IMG/VR virus record: IMGVR_UViG_3300043603_000010
Location: 1-64,000 of that record
Length of the DNA: 64,000 nucleotides
Origin: a virus
Taxonomy: Duplodnaviria; Caudoviricetes
Strand: one strand, 5' to 3'
The notes beneath the pieces are model-generated. The model saw nothing but the letters and a program-made list of their open reading frames with translations. It had not been told where the DNA came from and ran no database searches. The translations under genes and the position numbers were made by a program. Of this stretch, positions 1 to 9,569 are shown in pieces (the stretch's first letter is position 1; each line of letters starts with the position of its first letter).

Positions 1-92
1 CCGTCTGCGGGCCACGCGCCGGACTCACCCGCGACAGCCCGGCGCCCGCGCTGGCAGCGGTCCGGGCCGCACCGAGGATCGCCACCGCCAAG

Positions 93-692
93 GTGCAGTC
101 CTCCAGTGCTGCCTCCGTCGCGGTGGCGTTCGTCAGGGCCCGGGTCGGCGGCAGCTACCGCTACGGCGGCAACGGCCCGGCCTACGACTGCTCCGGCCTG
201 ACCCAGGCGGCCTGGGCGGCGGCCGGAGTGGACATCCCGCGCACCAGCCAGGAGCAGCTGGCCTCGCTGCCCCGGGTCAGCCTGTCCGCGCTCCAGCCCG
301 GTGACATCGTGGGCTACTTCGGCGGCAGCCACGTCACGGTCTACGTGGGCGGCGGCATGGTCGTCGGAGCAGAGAACCCGGTCACCGGGATCGCCCTGAT
401 CCCGCTCAGCTGGGGCCACCAGGTGCCGTACACCGCCGTCCGGCCGTCCGGCGGGGTCGTCACCCGCACCGTCAACGTCCCGGCCACCCGGGCGCAGGGC
501 GCCCCCCAGGCAGCCCTGCCGCACAAGGCCCTGGCCAAGGGCACCCACACAGTCCGCTCCGGCGAGTGGCTGTCCTCCATCGCCCGGGAGTACCACGTGG
601 CCGGGGGCTGGCAGAAGCTCTACCAGCTGAACAAGGGCGTGGTGGGGGGCAACGCAGACCTGATCTACCCTGGGCAGGTGCTCACGCTGTAG
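93..692 (+). CDS. NlpC/P60 peptidoglycan endopeptidase with C-terminal LysM (true start may lie upstream)
   Basis: YRYGGNGPAYDCSGL and SHVTVYVGGG NlpC/P60 motifs; HTVRSGEWLSSIA...LIYPGQVL LysM. Confidence 0.9.
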   Translation: MQSSSAASVAVAFVRARVGGSYRYGGNGPAYDCSGLTQAAWAAAGVDIPRTSQEQLASLPRVSLSALQPGDIVGYFGGSHVTVYVGGGMVVGAENPVTGIALIPLSWGHQVPYTAVRPSGGVVTRTVNVPATRAQGAPQAALPHKALAKGTHTVRSGEWLSSIAREYHVAGGWQKLYQLNKGVVGGNADLIYPGQVLTL

Positions 693-774
693 CGCGGCAT
701 CAGGCCAGGGACCGGCGGTCATAGGGCTTGTCCGGTGTAACCCGGTCACCGGTCGGACTTCCCAGGAGGCAGTG

Positions 775-897
775 ATGATCCACCGCAGCACGTACGGCGT
801 GGTCGGCAGCAACGGCACCGTGGTCCGCACCGAGCGCGCCACCTGGCTCCAGCTCTTCGGCCGGGTTCCGCTCTGCCGGACCGTCACGGTAGCCTGA
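775..897 (+). CDS. Small hypothetical protein, 40 aa
   Basis: GGAGG RBS at about 765-769; MIHRSTYGVVG...TVA; not in the ORF track. Confidence 0.5.
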   Translation: MIHRSTYGVVGSNGTVVRTERATWLQLFGRVPLCRTVTVA

Positions 898-929
898 CCC
901 CGGTTCCTTACTCTCGGTTCCCCGCACAA

Positions 930-966
930 CAGGACCGGGCCCTTCCAGCGACAGGGTCCGGTCCTG
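930..966 (+). terminator. GC-rich hairpin, probable terminator
   Basis: CAGGACCGGGCCCT...AGGGTCCGGTCCTG inverted repeat. Confidence 0.55.
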
Positions 967-993
967 CTGCACGTCAGGGGCTACCGTGGACGA

Positions 994-1596
994 ATGAGCC
1001 GACCCACCGCAGCACGCCACCGCCGCACCCCTTGGAAGCGCCGCGCCATGGCCGGTGTGCTGCTGGCTTCCGCTGCCGGGGGCGTGTCCCTGGCGTCGTT
1101 CGGCCCGTCGTCCGCCCCGCCGGACCACCCGCTGGACGCCACGGTGTACCCCGCCCTGCCCCCTATCGGCGGAGGCACCGTCCTGTGGACGCCCCGTGCA
1201 TCGAGCCCGCAGCGGACGGCCGGAGCCGGGGTCGCCATGGCAGCGGGGAGCAGCCCCCTGTCGTCCCTGTCGCCGTCCGCGTCCGCGTCCGCGTCCGGCA
1301 GCAGCGGACCGCCGTCCTCCTCCGCAGCCGTCACAGCGCCGTACACAGCTGCGACCAGATCGAGCAGCGCGGCGCAGACGCAGGAGAGTCCGGCAAGTCC
1401 TTCGGCCGATCGGACCCATGTCCGACACCGGCCGACGGCCAGTCCCAGCGCTCCGCCGTTCCTGTCCGCGCCCCCGAGCAGCACGGCGTCCACCACTACT
1501 ACATCTACGGCCACGACTGCTACGGCCGACCCGGTGCCGACCTGGTGCGTGCTCGGCATCTGCCTGCCGTGGTCGACGCATCACGCCGGAGGCTAA
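994..1596 (+). CDS. Ser/Pro/Thr-rich secreted or membrane-anchored protein
   Basis: Basic N-terminus, then a hydrophobic segment and a long low-complexity S/A/T/P body. Confidence 0.65.
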   Translation: MSRPTAARHRRTPWKRRAMAGVLLASAAGGVSLASFGPSSAPPDHPLDATVYPALPPIGGGTVLWTPRASSPQRTAGAGVAMAAGSSPLSSLSPSASASASGSSGPPSSSAAVTAPYTAATRSSSAAQTQESPASPSADRTHVRHRPTASPSAPPFLSAPPSSTASTTTTSTATTATADPVPTWCVLGICLPWSTHHAGG

Positions 1597-1605
1597 CCTG
1601 TTGGC

Positions 1606-1782
1606 ATGGCGCACATGGGAATGGTCGTAGTCGAGTGCCCGGCGTGCGGGGATCCGATCGTCCTGACCGCGAGTGCGTCACTCGGAGAGCCGGACGGCGA
1701 CGGGCAGGTCGTCTCCCTTGTCGACGTCGACAAGACACCGATCGCAGACCATTTCGAGCAGCACGTAAGGGATGTCCAGTGA
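1606..1782 (+). CDS. Small CxxC hypothetical protein
   Basis: MAHMGMVVVECPACGDPI...; stop overlaps the next start. Confidence 0.55.
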   Translation: MAHMGMVVVECPACGDPIVLTASASLGEPDGDGQVVSLVDVDKTPIADHFEQHVRDVQ

Positions 1783-2114
1783 CCGTGACCCGCGCCAAGT
1801 TCCGCTGCCTCAGCGTCAAGACCTTCTCCTCCGGAGCGATCCAGGGAACCCGCTGGACGCCCGACGGCACCACGGAGATCGTGTCCAGCTACCCCCGGGA
1901 GGTCGTCTTCAGCGCTGTCGCGGACAACGACACCCTGGAGAACCTGCGGTTCGCGCAGTTCACCCCGGCCGGGACGCTGACCATGACCGTGGACAACCCG
2001 GCAGTGGAGATCGTGCCGGGGCTGGAGTACTACCTGGACATCAGCCCGGTTCCCACCGGCGACGTGACGGCGGACGCCGGAGTCGCGCAGGGTACGGGCG
2101 GGGCGCTGATGTGA
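1779..2114 (+). CDS. Conserved phage hypothetical protein (TRAKFRC type)
   Basis: VTRAKFRCLSV...FAQFTPAGTLTMTVDNPAV...YYLDI; translationally coupled to both neighbours. Confidence 0.7.
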   Translation: MTVTRAKFRCLSVKTFSSGAIQGTRWTPDGTTEIVSSYPREVVFSAVADNDTLENLRFAQFTPAGTLTMTVDNPAVEIVPGLEYYLDISPVPTGDVTADAGVAQGTGGALM

Positions 2115-2329
2115 TGGCGCACACGCCTCGGCTGATCGTGGTCGGCTACCTGGCGGAGACGCAACCGCCCGACGGCACGCCGGTGACGGAGCTGCTGCGC
2201 TGCGGTGACTGCGGCGCGCTGGTGTGCGTCGGCGAGAGCCAGCGGATGCACCTGTCCTGGCACCGGTCCCACGACAACAACGGCCCCGGCGACGCCTCCG
2301 CCCTGCCGGTCGGTCGCAGGGCCTGGTGA
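2114..2329 (+). CDS. Small zinc-binding hypothetical protein
   Basis: CGDCGALV...HLSWH; TGATG coupling. Confidence 0.6.
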   Translation: MAHTPRLIVVGYLAETQPPDGTPVTELLRCGDCGALVCVGESQRMHLSWHRSHDNNGPGDASALPVGRRAW

Positions 2330-2441
2330 TCTGCCCGTACTGCCGGGGCTCCCGGCTCAACCCGTTCCACCTGCTGGTCCGGATGATGTTCGGCCCGTGC
2401 GGCGGGCGGTAGGGGTAACCGGGTCGCTGTAGTCTGCGGCC

Positions 2442-3338
2442 ATGAGCCTCTACCAGCACCTGGAGCGCGACGTCGAGCGCGTCTTCCACCGGTTCGAGCC
2501 GACGGACAGCCGCCTGGGGCGGCACGTCAACCACGACAGCCGCAACTACGGCTACGCCCTGCCCGTCCTGCCGAAGTCCGCAATCCAGACCGTGCACTGG
2601 AAGCGCGCCATCCCGATCCTGGACCAGGGCCAGCTGGGCAGCTGCACCGGCAACGCCGGGACCGGGTTCCTCGGGACCGCCAACGCGGCCGGGTCCGGAC
2701 TCACCTCGGTCGTCATCACGGCAGCGGCGGCCAAGGCCAGCCACGGCCACTTCACCGCCGGGACCTGGTTCCTGGACGAAGCGTTCGCCGTCAAGCTCTA
2801 CGGCCTGGCCACGGCGATCGACCCCTACCCGGGCACCTACCCGCCCACCGACACCGGGTCCGACGGCCCGTCCGTCGGCGCTGCGCTGAAGCTGCTGGGG
2901 CTGGCCGCCAGCTACTCCCACGCCTTCTCCCTCGCGGCGCTGAAGACCGCGATCCAGACCGGCCCGGCCATGTGGGGCACCGAGTGGCTGGAGTCGATGT
3001 TCGACCCGGACCCGTCCGGCACCCTGACGGTGGACCCGTCCTCCGGCGTGGCAGGCGGCCACGAACTGGTGATCTCCGGGTTCGACGTGTCCGCCGGGCT
3101 GTGGACCGTGGACAACTCCTGGAACACCAGCTGGGGACTGCTCGGATCCTGCCTCGTCACCGACAGCGACATGGCGTACCTGCTCACGCAGCAGGGCGAC
3201 GTCACCGTGCCGTCCCTGGTGCTGCCGGTGCCTCCGGCTCCGCCCGTGCCGCCCACCCCGGTCCCCACCGGCGCCACGGCGCAGCAGCTCTGGGACGCGC
3301 AGAAGGTCGTCGCCCTGGGCATGGGGGTCGCGGTCTGA
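2442..3338 (+). CDS. Papain-like cysteine peptidase (C1-like)
   Basis: DQGQLGSCTGNA (Gln/Cys), GGHELV (His), VDNSW (Asn). Confidence 0.85.
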   Translation: MSLYQHLERDVERVFHRFEPTDSRLGRHVNHDSRNYGYALPVLPKSAIQTVHWKRAIPILDQGQLGSCTGNAGTGFLGTANAAGSGLTSVVITAAAAKASHGHFTAGTWFLDEAFAVKLYGLATAIDPYPGTYPPTDTGSDGPSVGAALKLLGLAASYSHAFSLAALKTAIQTGPAMWGTEWLESMFDPDPSGTLTVDPSSGVAGGHELVISGFDVSAGLWTVDNSWNTSWGLLGSCLVTDSDMAYLLTQQGDVTVPSLVLPVPPAPPVPPTPVPTGATAQQLWDAQKVVALGMGVAV

Positions 3339-3562
3339 TGCAGCCCACTGTCGGCAGAATCGTGCACTACGTCAGCTACGGCACCCCGGGCGGCGAGTAC
3401 ACCTCGCAGTGCCGGGCCGCTGTCGTCACGGAGGTCAACCCGGACGGAGCCGTGGGACTCGCGGTTCTCAATCCCACCGGGATGTTCTTCAACCAGGGCG
3501 TCATGGCCGACTTCACCGAGAACCAGGGCGGCACCTGGCACTGGCCGGAGCAGGTGGACTGA
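3338..3562 (+). CDS. Conserved small phage protein (PTVGRIVHY type)
   Basis: MQPTVGRIVHYV...CRAAVVTEV...GTWHWPE; coupled. Confidence 0.75.
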   Translation: MQPTVGRIVHYVSYGTPGGEYTSQCRAAVVTEVNPDGAVGLAVLNPTGMFFNQGVMADFTENQGGTWHWPEQVD

Positions 3563-4953
3563 TGTCCGTCCAGGTACCGTTCCGGGGCTTCATTCTGGAC
3601 CAATCGACCATCGACGCTGTTCTCCTGATGGAACGGCTCCTGGGCTACCCGGTCCGGATCATGCAGGGCTCCTGGTCCAATGTGTCTGCCTCCGCCGGGA
3701 CGCATTCCGCAGGCGGGGCGGTCGACGTCAGTATCGAGGACGCCAACGGCAACCTGCTCCCGTTGGCACAGCAGATCGACATCGTTCATGCAGGGCGTGC
3801 CGCCGGATTCGCAATGGAGCGGCGCACCCCGGCAGAGGGCTTCGTCTACCACGCACACGGGATCCTGCGCGGAGATCTGCTGGTCTCCCTGTCGGCGGCC
3901 GAGCAGCTGGTGCAGTGGGATGCTGGGCTCAACGGTCTGGCCGACCACGGACCGGACGACGATCCTGTCGACGTCGCTGCCGGACGACCTCCGGTCTACC
4001 CCCGGGGAGCACCTGTGGCACTCGTTCTGGACATCGCCTGGGACCGTCCCACCACCGCGCAGATCAAGGCGACTGGTGCCGTCGGCGTGGTGAGGTATTT
4101 CTCCCCGGATGCGACCAAGAACATCACGGCGGCGGAGGTCACGGATTACATCGCCAACGGCATCTCTGTGGGCACGGTGTACGAGTCCACCGCCGGGCGC
4201 GCCACCGCCGGACAGGCGGCCGGAGCGGCGGACGCGCACCTGGCGGAGGAGCAGCGCGTCAAGGTCGGCCTGCCGAACACGCACCGCCACCACTTCGCCG
4301 TGGACTCCGACGTGCCCTGGTCCTCGGTGCAGGCGTACTTCGCCGGAGCCGCGTCCGTGGTCGGGCTGGTCCGTGTCGGCACGTACGGCAGTTTCCGGGT
4401 GATCGAGGGAGCCTACGGCTACGGCATCCGCAAGCTCTGGCAGACCCTCGCCTGGTCCGGCGGCCAGGTCTCCTCCCACGCCACCCTGTACCAGTCCGGC
4501 GGCACCCTGCTGGGCGGCCAGGCGGACATCAACCGGACCCTGGCCACGGACTGGGGCCAGACACCACGACCAGGAGCTGTAGACATGCCCCTCACCCAGA
4601 CGGACGCGGACCTGGTGGCGAACACGCTGCTGGCCAAGCTGAACAACACGACGATCGCCACGGCGGTAGTCGGCAAGATGGAGTCCGGCAAGACCGGCAC
4701 GGCTTTCGACCGGGACCTCCTGGCCGGACCCGCCTTCTGGTGGCTGCGGCTGCTGGCGGACCCCACGCTCCCGCTGCCCACCGGGCCCGACCTGCCCCCG
4801 ATCGTGTCCTACGTGGCGGAGATCCGCGCCGCGCTGGCCGGGGACACGGCCGTGGTGCTCACCCCGGCGCAGGTGCAGGCCATCGCCGACCAGGTGGGAG
4901 CGGCGCTGGGAGCCCAGGTGGCCGACGTGCTGGCCGCCCGGCTGGCGACGTGA
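3562..4953 (+). CDS. Endolysin: N-terminal Zn-peptidase-like domain plus DUF1906/GH25-like glycoside hydrolase
   Basis: SAGTHSAGGAVD...HAH metallopeptidase-like motif; LDIAW...VVRYFS...VYE...HFAVDSD...GTYGS...WQTLAWSGG DUF1906-like; start at ATG 3562. Confidence 0.8.
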   Translation: MSVQVPFRGFILDQSTIDAVLLMERLLGYPVRIMQGSWSNVSASAGTHSAGGAVDVSIEDANGNLLPLAQQIDIVHAGRAAGFAMERRTPAEGFVYHAHGILRGDLLVSLSAAEQLVQWDAGLNGLADHGPDDDPVDVAAGRPPVYPRGAPVALVLDIAWDRPTTAQIKATGAVGVVRYFSPDATKNITAAEVTDYIANGISVGTVYESTAGRATAGQAAGAADAHLAEEQRVKVGLPNTHRHHFAVDSDVPWSSVQAYFAGAASVVGLVRVGTYGSFRVIEGAYGYGIRKLWQTLAWSGGQVSSHATLYQSGGTLLGGQADINRTLATDWGQTPRPGAVDMPLTQTDADLVANTLLAKLNNTTIATAVVGKMESGKTGTAFDRDLLAGPAFWWLRLLADPTLPLPTGPDLPPIVSYVAEIRAALAGDTAVVLTPAQVQAIADQVGAALGAQVADVLAARLAT

Positions 4954-5128
4954 CCGGCGACGTCCGCAGGTCGGTGTACCTGCGCAACCGCTCCGTACTC
5001 ACCCCGCGCCAGCGCCGTCGGATCCGGCACAAAGTCAACCGCTCGCTGCGCCCGCTATCCTGAGCGCACCTCGCCACGTCACCGCACGACCGCGTCCGGA
5101 AACCGCGCACCGTGCGGGCGAGCGGGCA

Positions 5129-5165
5129 CAGAACCCCTGCCTCCCCGTCATCGGCAGGGGTTCTG
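5129..5165 (+). terminator. Hairpin between lysin region and terminase
   Basis: CAGAACCCCTGCC...GGCAGGGGTTCTG 13-bp stem. Confidence 0.55.
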
Positions 5166-5189
5166 CTGCGTCCGGGGCAGACTGATCGT

Positions 5190-6548
5190 GTGAGCCAGGA
5201 CGCCCAGAAGGTTGCAGCCAGGGCCGCAGCCCTGCTGGGTGAGCGGATTGCTCTGCTGCGCCAGCCCGGATGGCAGCCGCTGCCGCACCAGACGCCTCCC
5301 CCTGGCAGCTGGTACGGCTGGTTGCTGCTGGCCGGGCGAGGCGCGGGCAAGACGGACGCCTGCGCGCACTACGTGGCGGAGCACGTGAAGGGGCCGCCGT
5401 GCATTCCCGGGCCGGTCCCGCACTGGATCGGGATCATTGCTCCGACCCTCGGGGACGCGGCTACGTCCTGCGTCAACGGCCCGTCCGGGATCAAGGCGCA
5501 CAGTCCTGATGCCCGGATGGTGAACCGGCCCGGCGGCCTGTCCGTGGTCTGGCCCAACGGCAGCGAGGCGAAGCTGTTCGGAGCCAACACGGAGGAGGAC
5601 ACGGAACGCCTGAGGTCCGGTGGCAACCGGTGCCTCGCGTGGCTGGAGGAGCTGGCCGCGTGGCGCTGGCAGGACGCGGCGTGGGCGCAGATGCGGTTCG
5701 GCCTGCGCCTCGGGGTGCGCCCGCACTGGATCGGGTCGACCACTCCGAAGCCGCGCCCGCTGATCAAGCGCCTGGCCAAGCACGAGATCAACGACGTCAC
5801 CCTGTCCCGGGCGTCGATGTACGACAACCCGCACCTGCCGCTGCACATCCGCCAGGCGCTGGAAGACGAGTACTCCGGCACGCAGCTGGGCCGCCAGGAG
5901 CTGATGGCGGAGCTGATCGATCAGGACGAGAACGCGCTGTGGACCCATGAGCGGATCGACTTGGCCCGGTGGCAGTACGCGGACCTGCCGGACCTGAAGC
6001 GGATCACTGTCGGCGTGGACCCGTCCGGCGGAGCCGGGGAGCAGGGCATCGTCGTGTCCGGCCGGGCGCAGCTGCCGCGCAACGACACCGACCGGCGGCT
6101 GCTGCACCACGGGTTCGTGCTGGCGGACCGGACCGTCCACCTGTCCCCGGACCAGTGGGCGCGGCGCGCTGTGCAGGCGGCTGTCGACTACGAGGCCAAC
6201 GACATCTGCGTAGAGATCAACTACGGCGGAGACATGGCGGTGTCGACCATCCGGTCCGCTGCCGACGACATGGGTGTGCCGATCCCGATCCGGATCGTCC
6301 GGGCTACCCGGGGCAAGGCGATCCGCGCGGAACCGGTGGCCGCGCTGACGGAGCAGCTCCGCTGGCACCATGCCGGGCAGTTCCCCGAGCTGGAGGACCA
6401 GCTCTGCACCTGGCACCCCGATCTGGACTGGAGCCCGGACCGGCTGGACGGGATGGTCTGGACCGCGTGGCACAACAAGGTCGTCCACCTGCCCCCGGGA
6501 CTGGCGGGCAAGGGGCTGGGCCGGGTGCCGTCGCGGCAGATCGGGTGA
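5190..6548 (+). CDS. terL: Terminase large subunit
   Basis: Walker A LAGRGAGKT, Walker B WLEELAAW, motif STTP, nuclease VGVDPSG, SPDRLD; likely GTG start at 5190. Confidence 0.93.
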   Translation: MSQDAQKVAARAAALLGERIALLRQPGWQPLPHQTPPPGSWYGWLLLAGRGAGKTDACAHYVAEHVKGPPCIPGPVPHWIGIIAPTLGDAATSCVNGPSGIKAHSPDARMVNRPGGLSVVWPNGSEAKLFGANTEEDTERLRSGGNRCLAWLEELAAWRWQDAAWAQMRFGLRLGVRPHWIGSTTPKPRPLIKRLAKHEINDVTLSRASMYDNPHLPLHIRQALEDEYSGTQLGRQELMAELIDQDENALWTHERIDLARWQYADLPDLKRITVGVDPSGGAGEQGIVVSGRAQLPRNDTDRRLLHHGFVLADRTVHLSPDQWARRAVQAAVDYEANDICVEINYGGDMAVSTIRSAADDMGVPIPIRIVRATRGKAIRAEPVAALTEQLRWHHAGQFPELEDQLCTWHPDLDWSPDRLDGMVWTAWHNKVVHLPPGLAGKGLGRVPSRQIG

Positions 6549-6672
6549 CCGCACGTAGGATGGGACCGCCTTGAGGCGGGGCCGCTCGCCCACGGAGGAA
6601 CTGAGGGCGCCTCTCCAGAACCCCGGCCGCCGTGCCGGGGTTCCGTGCGACCGGCGGGCTATATTCGCCGGT

Positions 6673-6870
6673 GTGACCACTGCCGTATGGTTCGTCATTC
6701 TCGGCCTGGCGCTCATCGCGTCCAAGGGCCGCAAGGTGTGGGCGCTCTGCCTGCTCTCCCTGGTTCTGGGCCTGTACTTCGGCCACTCGCCCCTGCACAG
6801 CTGGGCACTGACTGTCATGCACTGGTTCGGGAACGTGGGAGCCTGGGTGAGGGCGAACACGACCGGATAA
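6673..6870 (+). CDS. Small membrane protein
   Basis: Two hydrophobic segments; start uncertain (track starts at 6571). Confidence 0.55.
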   Translation: MTTAVWFVILGLALIASKGRKVWALCLLSLVLGLYFGHSPLHSWALTVMHWFGNVGAWVRANTTG

Positions 6871-6939
6871 GCCCAGGCTCTTTAGTCCGTCCGGTCGTGC
6901 GATACTCCCTGTGAGATCCCCGACCTAGGAGCGTCCTGC

Positions 6940-7281
6940 ATGAACACCCCCTCCGAACCGATGCTCATCGGTGCCCTGCTGTCGTCCGTCCTCGGACTTC
7001 TGGTCATGCTCGGAGTCTTCGGCCTGACCACCGACCAGGCAACCGCGATCACCGCAGCCGCGTCCGCACTCTTCATGGTGGTTGCGGGCATGTTCACCCG
7101 GCCGGTCTCGCCCGGTCTGTGGACTGCTGCGGTCACCGCCATGGCGGATCTCGCAGCCACGTTCGGCGTGCACTGGTCCGTGGGGACCGTCGCGGCCGTG
7201 AACCTCGTGGTCGTCAGTTTCCTGGCCGCCGTGTTCCGGGGCCACGTGACCCCCACCACGACTCGCGGGAAGGCTGTGTAA
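6940..7281 (+). CDS. Holin-like membrane protein
   Basis: 113 aa, about 4 TM segments, internal duplication (TAIT/TAAVT), basic C-terminus. Confidence 0.6.
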   Translation: MNTPSEPMLIGALLSSVLGLLVMLGVFGLTTDQATAITAAASALFMVVAGMFTRPVSPGLWTAAVTAMADLAATFGVHWSVGTVAAVNLVVVSFLAAVFRGHVTPTTTRGKAV

Positions 7282-7470
7282 GTGCCGGGAACATCAGGGA
7301 AGCTGTGGCGCTTCCTAGTCCGGCGGACTGCTGCGGAGCAGTCCGCTCCGAGCATGGACGCCGACGGGTGGACGCGCCAGAGCATGACCCGCCAGGAGTA
7401 CCCCGGCCCGGATCCGTTCCGGGGGCTCACCGAGTCGGACCCGGTGTTCGGCTGGAGGCGCGAGCACTGA
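7282..7470 (+). CDS. Hypothetical protein
   Basis: 62-aa ORF abutting both neighbours. Confidence 0.5.
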   Translation: MPGTSGKLWRFLVRRTAAEQSAPSMDADGWTRQSMTRQEYPGPDPFRGLTESDPVFGWRREH

Positions 7471-7865
7471 TGCCGATCTGGCTGCTCCTGCTGCTCATGG
7501 TCCTGGCCGTCTACCGGTTCACCCGGCTGGTGGTCAAGGACACCTTCCCGCCCGTGCTCCGGGTCCGGGACAGGCTGGCCGGAGGCTGGCGTCCGGCCAC
7601 AGGGGAGGAGATGCGCGACACAGATCTGCCTGTGTCGCAGCTGGACCTGGGCCATGGCACCGTGTCTGCGGTCTACAACAAGCGCTCCTCTCGGTCCCCG
7701 TACTGGCTGGCGGAGCTGCTGTCCTGTTCCTGGTGCGCGTCCGGCTGGGTGTCCGGAGCGGTCACGGCCGCCGTGGCGCTCACGGTCGGCCTGCCGTCCC
7801 CGTGGCTGGCCGGTCCCGCTGTCTGGGGCGCGGCGGCCCTGCTGGCGTCCCGGAGCTGGGCATGA
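7470..7865 (+). CDS. DUF1360-like membrane protein
   Basis: LAVYRFTRLVVKDTFPP...RDRL...ELLSCSWCASGWV. Confidence 0.75.
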   Translation: MPIWLLLLLMVLAVYRFTRLVVKDTFPPVLRVRDRLAGGWRPATGEEMRDTDLPVSQLDLGHGTVSAVYNKRSSRSPYWLAELLSCSWCASGWVSGAVTAAVALTVGLPSPWLAGPAVWGAAALLASRSWA

Positions 7866-8176
7866 GGGCCCGCTGGCCGCGCGCCCTGAACTGCGTGACC
7901 GCCACGGCGTCCATCGCCGCGCTGGCGCTGCTGGCCGCGTGCTCATCCGGGTCCGCGTCCTCCCCGCTCGAACCGGATCCGGCGGGCACCGCCGCGTGCA
8001 GTACGGCTCTGCACCAGCTGTACGACACGTACTCCGCCACCGGGACCACGCCTCCGCTGACGTCCGCTCCGCCGCAGTGCAGGGGCGTTAGCACGGCCGA
8101 CCTGAACACGATCGTGGACCAGATCATCGCGAGCGCCTTCGCCAGTGCCTTCCCGGAAGGGAGCGCGACACCGTGA
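7862..8176 (+). CDS. Putative lipoprotein
   Basis: Signal peptide with LLAAC lipobox. Confidence 0.65.
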   Translation: MRARWPRALNCVTATASIAALALLAACSSGSASSPLEPDPAGTAACSTALHQLYDTYSATGTTPPLTSAPPQCRGVSTADLNTIVDQIIASAFASAFPEGSATP

Positions 8177-8706
8177 CGTACGAACCGCAGCCCGGGGACA
8201 TCGGGCTCACTCAGATCCACGGAGGCGTGGGACTGGGGATCAGGATCGGCCAGTGGCTCAACGGTGACGGGTTCGCCGACTACGAACACGCGTTCGTCGT
8301 GGTCGGTGAGGTGGACGGGTATGACGGTCCGCAGCTGATCGAGGCGGAGCCCGGTGGCGCCCGGCAGATGCCGCTGGTGACGTACGACGCGGACCGGGTG
8401 GCCTATCTGCACTGCCCGGAATCCGACCGGGACGCGGTAGCAGCCGCTGCGCTGGAGCTGATCGGCACGCCGTACTCCTTCCTGGACTACGGATCGCTCG
8501 CGCTGCACCGGCTGCACATCCCGGCTCCGCTGCTCCGGCGGTACATCAGGTCCTCGGGGCACGAGATCTGCTCCCAGCTGGCGGACCTAGCAGCCTGCCG
8601 GGGCGGCTGGCACCTGTATACGGATGGGAGATGGCCTCAGGATGTCACACCAGGTGACTTGAGACTCCTCGTCAGGAAGCAGAATGCAGACTTGCTCAGT
8701 GACTGA
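8173..8706 (+). CDS. Permuted papain-like NlpC/P60 (YiiX/YaeF-like) protein
   Basis: PGDIGL...YEHAFVV...IEAEPGG...IGTPYSF...ICSQL (His before Cys). Confidence 0.8.
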   Translation: MTYEPQPGDIGLTQIHGGVGLGIRIGQWLNGDGFADYEHAFVVVGEVDGYDGPQLIEAEPGGARQMPLVTYDADRVAYLHCPESDRDAVAAAALELIGTPYSFLDYGSLALHRLHIPAPLLRRYIRSSGHEICSQLADLAACRGGWHLYTDGRWPQDVTPGDLRLLVRKQNADLLSD

Positions 8707-9265
8707 ATGTGCGAAACCAGCCGTGGCCAGGGGCTGGTGCGGGATGCATTACCAGCGGTGGTCCCGGAACCGAGACCCCCTTGTGACGCTGCCCCGGTCG
8801 GGGAACCGGACACTCCGGGTAATTCCTGAGATTCGTACCTGCCGCGTGTGTTCTTTTGTAGGGCCCCGGGACAAGTTCCGTCCGAAGAACAATATTTGCA
8901 AGCCTTGCTCAGATGCATACAAGGAACAGTGGAAGGCTCGGAACCCGGACAAAGTGGCTGCTTCTAAAGCGAGGCAGGCACCTGTCAGGCAGACGTACGA
9001 ACTACGTCGGCGAGCCTTGCGCGCGGGAGTTGATCCAGATGAATACGTCCGGATCCTAGCAAGCCACTCAGGTCTCTGCGATATTTGCGGTAGGGGTCCC
9101 GAAGCGGGAGGAAAACGTCGGTTGGCCATTGATCATGACCATTCGACAGGGCTGTTCAGGGGACTCCTTTGCGGCCCCTGCAACACTGCTCTGGGGTCTT
9201 TCGGAGATGATGCGGAACGGATGAAAGCGGCGATTGCTTATCTGGAGCAGGAGCGGTCCGCGTGA
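8684..9265 (+). CDS. Endonuclease VII-type HNH (homing-like) endonuclease
   Basis: CDICG...LAIDHDHSTGLFRGLLCGPCNTALG; N-terminal CSVTEC...GWCGMHYQRW; visibly lower GC. Confidence 0.88.
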   Translation: MQTCSVTECAKPAVARGWCGMHYQRWSRNRDPLVTLPRSGNRTLRVIPEIRTCRVCSFVGPRDKFRPKNNICKPCSDAYKEQWKARNPDKVAASKARQAPVRQTYELRRRALRAGVDPDEYVRILASHSGLCDICGRGPEAGGKRRLAIDHDHSTGLFRGLLCGPCNTALGSFGDDAERMKAAIAYLEQERSA

Positions 9266-9465
9266 CGGTCACGCGTATCCTCACCGGCATGGTCGGACCC
9301 CGGATGTACTGTCCGAGCTGCGGTGAGGTCCGCCATGCCGAGACCACCGGACCGCTGCGGATCCTGCCGCACTGGACCGGATCGTCCTCCGTGGAACCGG
9401 GGGAGAAGCTACGACGGCGCTGCTCCGGCGGACCCGTCGACCCGGAGGAGGACAGGGCACCGTGA
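9262..9465 (+). CDS. Small zinc-ribbon hypothetical protein
   Basis: CPSCG...H...C; coupled. Confidence 0.55.
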   Translation: MTVTRILTGMVGPRMYCPSCGEVRHAETTGPLRILPHWTGSSSVEPGEKLRRRCSGGPVDPEEDRAP

Positions 9466-9569
9466 ATACCTGGCTGTGGATCCTGGTCGTCGTCGGCGGT
9501 GTGCTGGCCGGGATGGGAATCGGCGTGTACCTGGTGCTCCGCACCTTCGGGAAGGGAATGAACTGGTGA
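9462..9569 (+). CDS. Small single-TM protein, 35 aa
   Basis: MNTWLWILVVVGGVLAGMGIGVYLVLRTFGKGMNW; GTGA overlaps at both ends. Confidence 0.55.
   Translation: MNTWLWILVVVGGVLAGMGIGVYLVLRTFGKGMNW

Noticed and set aside
4950-5063. Small terminase subunit
   Set aside because: Only a 37-aa basic ORF with no HTH or other TerS feature. Not supportable.
8173-9265. Group I intron carrying the HNH endonuclease
   Set aside because: The flanking genes look complete and no intron core elements were recognised.
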